A stretch of DNA of 64,000 nt from Lytechinus pictus. Lineage: Eukaryota. Shown here piece after piece: positions 12,820 to 24,740 of this stretch (its first letter is position 1; each line of letters opens with the position of its first letter). The notes below the pieces were generated by a model. The model saw only the letters and a program-made list of their open reading frames with translations, had not been told where the DNA came from and searched no databases. The position numbers and the translations under genes were made by a program. The DNA is taken from positions 45,634,001 through 45,698,000 of the forward strand of contig NC_087251.1 of NCBI RefSeq assembly GCF_037042905.1, in the 5' to 3' direction.

Positions 12820-13700
12820 TTCCTTACTGTGCTATAAATCATCTCTGAGCCAATCCAGAAAGACCCCCAACTTAGTGTATTCCACCTTAAAAACAGAGAG
12901 CAGATAAAAAACTGAGGATCAGATGGTAACAAGTCAACCTATCTTGGCGTCATTCTAGACCGTTCTTTTTCATAAAAAGAACATGCTTCCAAAACAAATG
13001 CAAAATTTGGAGGAAGGAATATCATTCTGAAGAAGCTGGGAAACAGATGGGGAATTGAGAGATGCCAAATCTATCTGTACCACAGCTCTTGCTCTATGCT
13101 TCTCCACTGCTGAGTACGCAGTCCTTGGTGACAAGTCTTAAATGGAGCTTGCAGAGCCATCACTGGCTGTTTGCGACTAACAGAAGTGATTAATCTTTAC
13201 CTTCTCTGTATTATTGCCCCATCGTACATCAGAAGAGAAGTCATCAGCACAGAAGAAAGAAAATAACAATCAAGAGGATAGTATTCCACTCGTCAACCAT
13301 GAACCTGCCAAGAGACTCAAATCTAGACACAGTTTTCTCCGCTCAACAGAATCCCTTGACATGCATGATGACTTTGCACGCATGAAAGCGTCACCCTCTG
13401 GTCTAACAATCTCCAGTCTGTGATGCACAATCTCACCTATGGACTTAGTACATCACTCTCCAGGTCCAAGTGAAGAATGGCCTACCTGATCTTGTTTAAA
13501 TCGCCTATGGGGCTACAATAGGGATAAAGAAACTACCTGCAACTGTAAGGATGATCATAGGATACAACATTTTTGTGTCTGCTCCCTCCTACCAGAGCTA
13601 TGAACTGCCACTGCCTTTGCCACTGCACTAGAATCTTTTCACAGGAAAGCTACATGTAGATCTTGTACCATTAACAGGACATGACATCTTTAATGAACTA
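12820..13700 (+). mobile_element. 5'-truncated Vingi/Ingi-type LINE fragment
   Basis: Translates in pieces to LxANPExT..VFHLKNRE, TYLGVILDRS, TTALALCFSTAEYA, ACRAITGCL and PAKRLKSRHSFL, typical of the Vingi/Ingi RT C-terminus. Confidence 0.75.
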
Positions 13701-14039
13701 ACAAGAAGTGTGTCATTAATTATCTGACTGGTAGAAGACACCTATTTATGGTAATCTGACATTTGGAAGGGGGAGGGGGCAGGGACTTGATTGGTTCCTG
13801 ATGGGGTTGTCGGTTAATTAGGCTAAAACTTTGCTGAAAACGGTGCCTATATTCTGATTGTTAGTGTTTTAAGGTGAAATTACGATTTGACAGTGAAAGA
13901 GCAAAGATATTCGATGCTAACAATTTTACCTTATATCTACACACCCACATAAAAAGCCACGTTTTGGAGACCTAGACTCCTGCACACCTAGGCTCCCATT
14001 TGGTCATAGTATACTGCATGATTTTAAACGGCAATATTT

Positions 14040-16620
14040 GCTCTGTGTCCATCTTCTCGGGTCACTACACAAGTCATGTGTAGTAGAGGGTTCAAGCAAG
14101 ATCTGGCTTTTGGGTTGAACGACTCCAGATCTTTGGCAGCGCACGGCTCTGTTAGGAGGGAGGGGGGGGCAGACCAAAAGGTGATGCACTGTCTGATCCT
14201 CTCCTCAGTCGTAGATAGTGTCTGCATCCCTGCTCAGTGTAGCCCCGAACTGCATATTAAGGACTTTGCACCTTCCTGTTCCAGACCATAGGCAATTGAG
14301 ACATAGCCAGGATGGCCATTCGTCACTTGTACCCGGGGGCCAGATTCGCTAGGTCACATGGAAAGCTTTTGCGTCACAGACTAGAGGTGGTTTGACCATA
14401 GGGGGATCCTTTGGCTGTGTGCATAGCCATTAATGGATTCAGTCAAGTGAATGAAACTGTCTTGATTCGAGTCTCTTTTTGGCGGATTCAGAGTTAAAGA
14501 GTGAAAGAAGAAGGAATTTTTTTTTTGTCCACCTGTGCTGATACCTCTATGTGTGGGGGACTGTGTCACACAATATAGGTAAAGATCATTTACTCTTTTT
14601 GGTAGCAGACAGTCGGAAATTGCTCTGCAAGCAGCATTCAGGACTGGGCTAAACTCGTAGAATACAGCAGAGCTGTTGAACGGATGGTTTGTCATCAGCT
14701 CCCCATATCGTGCTAGCAAGCCTCTTATTGATGTTGTTCCTTTCTCCAGCTTTTGCCTTTGTCTTGGCAACATATTCTTTGTATGCAAGAGTGACGTCAA
14801 GGTAGGCAAGCTTGCTGGTGTGAGGGGGTGTGATTCATTCATTTTCAAGTTTCAACACCATCTGACCATCAGTTTACGGTCTGCATTTCTATCGTCAAGG
14901 TGGGAGAAGCTAAGTTGGATGTTCTCTTTATAGTAAAGAGCCAGATACGCCAGAGGATCGCTGAATGTTTTTTCCACCTCTTCAAATGACTGCTTCTGTG
15001 AGGCAATGTACAGTTCATAATCATTGGTAGCTCTTGGTGTTTGGGTGAATTAGTTGGTAGTTTGTGTATTTGGGCAATGACACTTCTTTGTGGGGGACCA
15101 TTTTCTGCCTCCACCATTTGCTGCTGGAACCATTGAGATTCACAAACAACCGGTTTGAGGGAATGTTCTGAATTAGCCTTGTCAACTTGACGTCTTTTGT
15201 CATCACAATGACTTTCCTCGTAAGTAGGCCTACCCTATGATCAACTGTTATATAAGCTGCGGAGAAGTCAACAATGGCTGCTCTAGTTTTCAGACCTTCC
15301 TCAAACCATCTGATGTACTGAATCAGATTCAGTAAAGGACTTTCCTGGCCTGAATCTTGCATACTTGAATGAGGAACTCAGTCACAAAGGGAGCAATGCG
15401 TTTGATCAGGAGCCTTTCAAAGGGCTTGTATGTGTGACAGAGTAGAGAGATTGTTCTAGCTGTAACTCCTTGGGCTGATTAGGTCTTTACCTGGCTCTAG
15501 TTATGCAACTACCCTCAATTTCCTCTTGCCGTTGTTTTATTTTTTCATGCAAACAGTGGTTTAACATGTCAGCAGCCATTGGGCTGCAACAGGTTCAAGA
15601 AGTGTGATCTGCTCACAGAGGACATCTAATCCAGGTGCCTTGTTGCTCTTCATTATTTTCTTTGATAGCACAGCACAAGCAGACAAGACGTTCATGCTGA
15701 ATGGTCTTGTGGTTTCAAATGACTCTTAGTTGGGAGGCTGTCTCTGCACTTTTAGGGAGGTTGGCCCTTCGCGGGCAATAAATATGGATACCTTGTACAC
15801 AAGAAGATAGTAGGCCATTTGGTCGGTGGTCACTAGGGGTATAGTTTGAGACTCGCATAGTCGTTTTCAAGGATCCAAATTATTTTCCCCGGCTTTTCTG
15901 CTGTAGTGAGTCATATCCATTGATTTATTTAATTACTGTCAATTTCTTTTTTTACTGTGATCCATAATGACAATTGTCAATGTTCCCCCACATTCAAGTG
16001 TATCGGCACCAAAGGGGTAATTCTCAAAGCTCCTTTAATTATTGCACAGCAGCTTCGTCATCCGTCAAGCCCGGAGAATAGTTTGTACGGCATCCTCGTG
16101 GAATATTTTTCTGTGATGACTCCTTCAACAGCTTTCCAAATGTGTCTTAATGTCGTAGGGAGTGCTGGAAGATTCTGTGGATAGGTATTCGGATCTATGA
16201 CAAACTGCTCCCAGATTGCTTTCTTCAGGGTGAAACGTCTGTGAAAAGGAACTGTGCGTGGAGTGATGGCTGCATTCACCTTCAGCCCAATCGGTCGATG
16301 TTGAGTGTGCGGGAGAGGGTCAAGCACAACTTTCTCAAATTTTGTCGGGTGATTCAATCTAATTTGCATGTGACCAGTTCTCCACAAGTTCTCCATCTCG
16401 TTGGTTTCTCCCGGGGTTTCTCCATACCCCCAGATAATGCTGTGACTGTTGAAATCCCTAATAATAACATTTCCCAGATCGGAGGTGGCTTCTCGAGTAA
16501 GGGAGAAAGATTGGTTAGGAGGTTTATAGAAAGAACTTAAAGAAATACTCATAACTTCAATGGTTAGGACTTTGCCCGTTAGCTTGATGAGACAGTAATA
16601 GGGCCTCCTCTTAATTAATT
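14040..16620 (-). mobile_element. Degenerate Vingi/Ingi-type non-LTR retrotransposon (APE endonuclease plus RT remnants)
   Basis: Frameshifted pieces: SFYKPPN, IIRDFNSHSIIWGY and LPHTQHRPI (APE); VDFSAAYITVDHR and NGPPQRSVIA (RT); LNAACRAISDCL (post-RT). Many stops and frameshifts. Confidence 0.8.
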
Positions 16621-18424
16621 ATACTTGAACAGATATTCGACCTGCTAATTAACTGCTGGAATCAGTAATGCCCATATAGAATGTCCAGGGACTAACCGGT
16701 TCTAGTGAGCAACATGCACAGATTGGAGTAATTTTTGTTGTCTACTTGATACATGTACGACATACTGAGGATCTCTTGATCTATGTTTAAATCACGGCAG
16801 GTGATCATTGAAAAGCTTTTTTTCACCAGGTTGTGCAGATAAACCAGCAATCCTGCTTGAAGGTCTGCAAGTAGACTATTGTGTTAATTGCCCCATTGCC
16901 CATGGATGCATTGGAATAATAATAAAAAATAAAAAAAAACTCGCAATTACACAGGAAAATTGCCAGAATTGCAGTTAGAAACTTTGATAGATCATTGTGA
17001 TTTACATAATTAAGTAGGTTCCTGCATAAAGTAATAAGCATTTGAGTTCACAATCACTACAGTTTAGGAATTATATATGCCATACTGATAAATAATTTCG
17101 TTTTCATATTGCAGACACTTTACACTTTATTGGTTGGTCTTGGATATGTATTACCCTTCCTAATAAATGTTGTATAATAAAATGTTCCAAATAACAACCT
17201 AAATGATATTGTTAATAATACCTATTTCCTCTCCCATTGCCGTATGCAGCGAAAAGTTACATTTTTAAACTAAAAGTTTTCACAAAATTCACCCAAAGTG
17301 TGCATAATATCCTTCAATTTACTATGAAAAAGCGCCTCTTGCCAAACTCAGTAGCTTCGCTCCCTCGCTTTGTTTCTTTGACATTTTTTTGTCGTCAGCC
17401 ACCCCAAGGAAAAATCTTCTTCATACAGCCATGCCCTCTCTCAATATGCAAACTGCCTGGCCAGATGTGTAAAATTAATTGTCATCACCACGATATATGC
17501 TTAGAATAGTATCAGATGCATTTTGAGTACCAAAAAACAGGGATTTTGGGGAGGTTACAGGCTTGAAATATCGCCAAAAAGTGATGGTTGCTAGGGAAAA
17601 TACTGTTGCTAGGCAACAAAAAATGGTTTCCATAGGTAACAAAAAATATATGAATACTCAATTAGTTAGATTAGAACAGATGACATGACACAGCAGGGTA
17701 TCTAAGCATGATTTATAACAATATTATAAAATCCATTAAATGATGCGTATAGTCGTAAACACACACCAATAAATTATTAGTGATATCAGTCACATGCAAG
17801 GGTTATTCAAACAAGGCAAAAATGTAATTTTTCATGATCATGAATGCATTATACACCCTAGTCTTCCTCTTTTATCACTTTTTCATCAAAATTCATCTTC
17901 TTCATTAGCTTTTACAAATAAAAAACTTTAAAAAATGAAAAAATGAATTAATCTGATTAAAAAAATAAGAGAATATTGAAAAGTGAATATGGTTGCTAGG
18001 GAAAATAATATTGCTAGGCAACAGTTTTGAAATCAAATATTATGAAATATATATTTGGTTGCTAGGCGTTATCATATCATTCAATCTGTAGTGATTTTAA
18101 CCTTGTAAATTCTGTATTTATATATAAATTAGTGTAATTAATTAACAAATATAAATAATAAGTTACTGCTTTGCATTTATCACAAAAATGGGCGTGGCCT
18201 ATTCAAGGCTGGTTTCCATGGTGAAGCTACACTCTGCGACACTTTAAATTCTCAGTTCTGAAAAATTCAGAAAATTTCCTTTAAAATAATGCATGTTTTT
18301 GCTTTGATCCAGTCGGGGGGATTAAAGTCCCAAATTTTGGCCTCTTGCCGCTCGCCTATTAGCAAGAGGTATTATAGGCAGATTTGCAGGCTTTTCTTGA
18401 TGTAGAATCATTCTTATAATTTAC

Positions 18425-18550
18425 TGTTATAAACATCATCATTATTTTCATTATCATTATTATATAATTATTATTATCATTTTTTTTCATTATTATTACA
18501 CCATCGTTATCATCATCATCACCACCATTACTATCACAATATTCATCGTC
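18425..18550. repeat. Degenerate (ATC/ATT)n microsatellite
   Basis: CATCATCATTATTTTCATTATCATTATTA...ATCATCATCATCACCACCATT. Confidence 0.75.
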
Positions 18551-21500
18551 ATCTCCATCTGGTGTAAATAAAGTAGTGCAATTCCTTTTGGGTTTTGGTT
18601 AACACAGACATATTTCTTTAGTTTTTGTAATACATGATTTTTTTTTATGTTGAAAGGGAATATTGGGCCAACACTTAAAAGTTTACCATGATATGAAGAA
18701 CTCAAATCTGAAATAGTAAAAACCTCTGATTATAGTGGCAGGTTTGGTGATTCCTTTATCTCTTACCAATGATCACTACTTATCCATCTCCCAGGGGACC
18801 TAACTTAAAACCTCATCCTTCTTCATTCACTTCCCCCAATGACTTCTGACTGGATTCATCCAACAATTTCCCTGCCATTTCCCTCCATTGCCTCTCCCCA
18901 TTAACATTTAGAGTAAGTCATTGGTTTACTGTGAGGAAGGCCTTGCTTTTCAATCACAGAGTATCTGATCTACATACACAATGTGGGAATATTTTACAGA
19001 GACAGGCAAAAAATAAGTTATTTTTCGGGGACTACAGAATACAGATCAAAAGAATCTTAAAGAATCTAATGGGTATCTATTTCTGAATTCATAGGCCAGA
19101 GAATGAACAAATTATTTTCACAGCAAAGTCTTAATGGTTTATCAAAGCCTCTTCAAAATGTGAATCAAGATTATCTTTCCCTACATGTATGTGCTATAGA
19201 TTGCCGAATATATTGGAGCATTTCATGAGGCTTTTTTCACAAATGTTTTTTCACAGACAACTGTTATAAGCCACTAAAATCATTGCATATGATCGGCCAA
19301 GACCAAATTCATTAGTGAAAACCGATGACAAGAAGTTTCATGGAACTACTCCCAAGGAGTATGCTGTCAACATCCAATCTCTCAAACATAGGATGGACAT
19401 AAAATGGATTCAACCATCTCCCTCCATGCCCCACTCCACACATCTTCTCATCAACCGTAATCAGCGACGAAAGAGGGAGAGGCGTTGGTGCAGAAAGGTT
19501 AGGATGAGGGTAGTCTGATAGAGATCACTGCTACCCAGATGAACCTAGACAATCTCCTAATGAACATTTTCCCTGTGACAAGCTTTCATCTCGTTCTTCT
19601 TTCACTCGTAATCACAACATTCAGTCCTCTAATTTCAATCTATTATGTGGAATCGATTTGAGAGGGTAGACAATGCAATGAAACCAAGATCGCTTCCTCA
19701 AATGCTCTATAAAAAAGGGAGAATGGAAATTCTTGGAAATCTTGTTCACCAGCAATACCTTTCCTTAGGAATCGATAGAATTCACTCCATGAAATGTAGA
19801 AATATTTATAGAGATAGAGATGTACATGAAATGCCCCGCATAAAACATAATTTTTCTGAGCAGACTATAAATCCATCTCCATAATACTTCAAACAGGTCT
19901 TAACCGATGCTTCCTCAATAGAACAAGCAATTGAGCATCATTTTAACATTCACCATTGCAATTAAAATCTGGAAACCTGAAAGCAAGACAGCAATGGATG
20001 AATGGTCCATGTGGAACTATTCATCTACAGGATTAACCATTTAATTCATCATCACAGATCAATTCCAACTGTCACTCTTAATCCATTGTCCTATTAAATG
20101 ATACAAAACCGTCAGGAGTGGTGATCCAGTGTGAAAACGAATTCAGCGCTGGAACATACAAGTGTAAGCCTACATTGTAGGCCTACTGTACTGTATAACA
20201 TTAAACACATCATAAATAACTCAATAAATATAAGTTAACTGGTATGCTGAATTAATCATAACTAAAGCCTGATATCTGCATAAACATATGGTTTTAAACT
20301 ATGTGTACAGATTCAAAATCATCTTTGTGAATTCAGGTCAATATAGGCCTACACGTTACATATTATAATTCTCCAGAGTAAGGTATTTAGACAAGACAAT
20401 AATAAAACTGCCCATTCAGTTTTTATTCCTTTTTTCAAAATAATGACTATACCAAAATTATAATTTGGATAAGGATTTTGATATATTAAGGATGCCTCTG
20501 ATGTTTCAAGTTTTCTAAGCACAGAAACAGATAGGACTTGGGTTTACACAAGTAGCAGTGGAAACAAGCCCTTGCCCAGGGGCGTGGAAAAGGTAATCCA
20601 GAGTTCAGGAACAAAATAAGATGCAGATTTACGAACACTGATCGTGATTCCTGCCCGCTGTATCCCCGGACCGACAGGGACCATCAGTCAGAGACACGAG
20701 GCACATTATTCAGCCATCTCAACTAATTATCATAAAAGCAGGTCAAGAGATTGTCACTTGTCCCACAGAATATCAATGTCCCTGACATCTCTCAACAACA
20801 TACATGTAGCTCAACTCAATGGGTGCATTATAATTTGGGTGTATTACGATGGTAGGCACAAGTCATTTCAAGCACATGAGCCCTTTGTCATACATTCCTC
20901 CATCTTTCATCGGCTAGTCATAAAGCAAGGCTTTCAGTCATCTCTCATAATATCATACCCAAGAATCCAAGCTTTCAAGTATGCTAAAGAATGCACTTTA
21001 TTCATAGGTCTAATGGTAAAGCATTGCACATTTCAGCCTGTGTAGGCCAAATTCAGTGCATTATTATCAAACTGATCAATGCACCATAAAGTGCCTATTA
21101 TATTTCATTTTTGCATGTTCAGGACGTCCCGTATGCAACGTGATGATCCTAAAGACCCTGAAATTGGCTTTCATAAGTAGCCAGGGATTTTAAGGATTTG
21201 GATCATGTACAAGAGGGTCAAAAGATGAAGAGCTGGAGGGGGAGGCATTCAGATTAAATTACATAGCCAAGCAGCGCTTTGAAAGAATCTGTGCAGAATG
21301 CAGTCTGTCAAAACGTATCAACATCAAACATGATTTATTGGAAATACCAGTACAATACCAGAGCATACCACAAGATACATGGATCAGATCATGTTTCTAA
21401 TCTTCGCTGAATCACTCATTGCATCAAGTCGAGAGGGTGGGTTGGGATTTGGACAGGAATAGAAGTCATTCAGTTTTGTCTACAATTACAGGTAGAGACA

Positions 21501-22427
21501 AGAGATATCTATGTAAATGTATTGGTAAATGTAATATGTATTGGCCCATATTCTGAACTCAGTTTTAATTCAAACTCTAGTCTACAGTTGTGGTATAACT
21601 ATGCCGGATAGCCAGTTGTGACACTAATTTACAGTATACATGTATGTTCAATTGATCAGTACAATCAGTGCCAAAATGATTTACAACTGTCTGCGAATAA
21701 TAACTCAAAATATTTTTCATCACCCTTGAAACATGAGGAAAGAATACAGTTAAAATAAGGAACATACAATATAGGCTTAAACAAGTTTTTTAACTCCTCG
21801 GCCTCCAACAATTTTGGCAGAGTTAGACCATGGTCTGGGCCACAGTGTTTACTGAAAAACTGTAAAATATCCTTCTGTATGATTGCATGGCTTCTTTTAT
21901 TTGCCAACATTTCATGGTTTGGTCCTGGATGTTTTTTATCCACCTCCTCCCAGGGCCTGATTGATGAAGAACAGTTTGTTATGGCTGGAAGTCACTCAGA
22001 AGACAACCTCTACAATAACATATCTCAGGAACTGGAAATGTCACTACACACATGCCATATCAGCATGACAACTTGCTTTACATCTTATATTAAACATGTA
22101 CCCTGGGGGATTTAACTCATGTCTTCAATGAATTTAGAAGATGACAAGAAAATAATACGGTCTGCAATGTTACAGTTACATAAATGTATATATGTAAAAC
22201 AGCATGTAACAAATCATACAAGTTATTCATAAATCGATATCTGATGTGTTTCAATTGCAAAATTAGCATCAATCATCATTTCTAATTAGGAATCTATAGG
22301 AAGTCAATTATGGCTGCCAAAACTATCTAACATTTACTCACTATGTACAGACAAAGTGTGGAATGGGAGCCTTCAGAGGGAGGATTGAACAGACATTTCA
22401 TCCCATGATGAATTACGATTTTCTTAA

Positions 22428-23001
22428 AGGACAAGTCCACCCCAACAAAAAGTTGATTCAAATAAAAAGAGAAAAATCCAACAAGCATAACACTGAAAAT
22501 TTCATCAAAATCGGATGCAAAATAAGAAAGTTACAACATTTTAAAGTTTCGCTTAATTTCACAAAACAGTTATATTCACATCCTTGTCGGTATGCAAATG
22601 AGGAGACTGATGACATCACTCACTCACTATTTCTTTTGTATTTTATTATACAAAATATGAAATATTACAATTTTCTCCCTGTTGTCACATGTGCAATTAG
22701 CATTGTTTAATACTATATGTTTCAATCAAGTTGGTTCTTATTGTCAAATCTGTAAAAAATGAAATATTGTATAATTCAAACAATAAAAAACAAAAGAAAT
22801 AGTGAGTGAGGGACATCATCGACTGTCTCATTTGCATGTCACTGAGTTGTGCATATCACTGTTTTGTGAAAAATAAGCGAAACTTTAAAATGTCATAACT
22901 TTCTTATTTTACATCCGATTTTGATGAAATTTTCAGCATAATGCTTGTTTGATTTTTCTCTATTTATTCAAATCAACATTTTTCTGGGGTGGACTTGTCC
23001 T
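22428..23001. mobile_element. Kolobok-type MITE (TTAA TSD)
   Basis: TTAA|AGGACAAGTCCACCCC ... GGGGTGGACTTGTCCT|TTAA; opposite orientation to the 11537 copy. Confidence 0.85.
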
Positions 23002-23479
23002 TTAAGTACCAGTACTCAAATTTCATCATTGCGCGAATTATAGTTCAAATGGAAAACAACTGATAATGATCAATTCAATTTCTAGCTTTTTCAGAATCAT
23101 TAGGCATGTTTCTTTAGTACACTACATATATACTGTGCATCATGATGATTTCCAAAGTAATTTCATCCCTCTTGAAGTGGTTTATTTTTAGATCTTCATT
23201 TTAATTCCCATCTCTTGCAATCAAGCTTCATCTTTGTCATCTCACTATGAATGTTTGCCGACTGGCTCATAAAAACTTGGAGACGGAATTTGATCAATAT
23301 TGCAGGCTCCATACCCTTTCCTCTTCTAGGCTCAGAGTAAAGGGACATATGCCACTCATATCTCATTATAATTTTCCCCACGAAAACCAACATTCCAAGC
23401 CAGCCTCATGAGCAAACATTGAAAGAAATTAGTTTTTATGTCTGTAACCATGGCAACCATAAGGGAAATTGAACATGAA

Positions 23480-23708
23480 CGGGGCAAGGCTCCATACTAA
23501 CTTTTTTTTCTTGATGGCCCGATAGGTTAATCAAAATAATCAATTTCATATTCTTGGTGGCCCTAAAACAATAGAAAACATTACAATTTGTTTAAAACTT
23601 TGGTAGCCCGACTGGATCACCCAGTGTGGGCTTTTACAGAATTTTGGTGGCCCAACTCTCATTTTAGGTTGCCCTGGGCCAATGGGCCACTGCTAATGTC
23701 AAGCCCTG
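23480..23708. mobile_element. Old hAT-like MITE
   Basis: Ends CGGGGC / GCCCTG; near-perfect 8-bp TSD AACATGAA/AACATGAT; repeated GGTGGCCC subterminal motifs. Confidence 0.5.
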
Positions 23709-24485
23709 AACATGATCAGGGATATAATATACTCAGTATTAAAAAAAACTAAATCATTATACCTTTTAATAATATGGCTTTATCATTACAGGCTATTTTA
23801 CAGCCCACTCATATGAATGCAATAGCCATATTAATTCATCACTTTCATACTGATGAAAGTTTTAAAGAATAAAATAGAGATGTGTTTTGTTTCATTACAA
23901 CATGTATACCTTGCCAACATTTTCTCAAATAGAAAATGATGAATGCGAACAGATTATTATTTCATTCCCCAATAACAAAGTTAATGTTGAATATTTTAAA
24001 GTCAGGCAAGGTGATTTGAAAGTATCAATGTATCAATTTTGACTTGTGCTCATGTACAGTGTAGTCTATTTGTCTATTGATGATTTTGAATTATTGACAC
24101 AAACCCAGAAAGCTTCGCAATACGTATGCCTAAGCTAGAAAGTAATGTACAGCAGACATGCACATGTATACATTTAGCTGTCAGGAACTCCAAACATTTG
24201 TAAGCAAACAAGCCAATTTATGAGAAGTGCTACTTTCGATTACCAGTCAATAACTGAACATATCATTCCTGCTTTCACGAAGCGATGGATGAATGTGCAA
24301 CTAAAACACTGTTACATTGTAGTTTCGAGGTAATAGCTTTCAAAGATTCACAGGATAGTTTATCATTAATCACTTTTTTGAAAAGTGAATATATTTTTAT
24401 TACGAAAAAGAGATCAAATTCTAAACTTTAGTTCTACTTATTTATTCGCATGATATTTTTAATATTTATTGAAAAAATTGCCTTG

Positions 24486-24740
24486 AATAATAAAATAATA
24501 ATAATAATAATAACGTTTTATTTACCCAGGGTAGCCACTTCAGTTCGGAAACTGCTCTACCAGCAGGCCCTGCATAACATAATATGTTATTACTACCCTT
24601 CTCCAATCTAAATGCTGAGCGTCTAGCAAGAAGGCAGAAGGTCCCATTTTTATAAGTCTTTGGTATGACTCGACCGAGGATCGAACCCACAACCTCCCGT
24701 TCATGAGGCGGACGCTCTACCATTGAGCCACCATGTCCGC
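24486..24740 (-). mobile_element. tRNA-derived SINE, full length with (TTA)n tail
   Basis: A box TGGCTCAATGGTAGAGC, B box GGTTCGATCC, body, and 3' end CCCTGGGTAAATAAAACG(TTA)n. Confidence 0.8.

Larger units (their letters stand above)
8995..18358. mobile_element. Academ-like DNA transposon (defective, about 9.4 kb) with long imperfect TIRs and nested insertions
   Basis: Left end TAGGTGAGCGGCCAGAAGCCAAAA...GACTTTAATCCCCCCGGATGGATCAAAGCAAAA is the reverse complement of the right end ...TTTTGCTTTGATCCAGTCGGGGGGATTAAAGTC...TTTTGGCCTCTTGCCGCTCGCCTA over about 200 bp. TTA flanks both ends (8992-8994, 18359-18361). TA..TA termini with a 3-bp TSD fit Academ. Confidence 0.75.

Noticed and set aside
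21665..21943. 92-aa minus-strand ORF as a nested gene or alternative exon
   Set aside because: GTG start, no recognisable domain, and the only donor-like site (GTATGT) is out of phase with exon 4.
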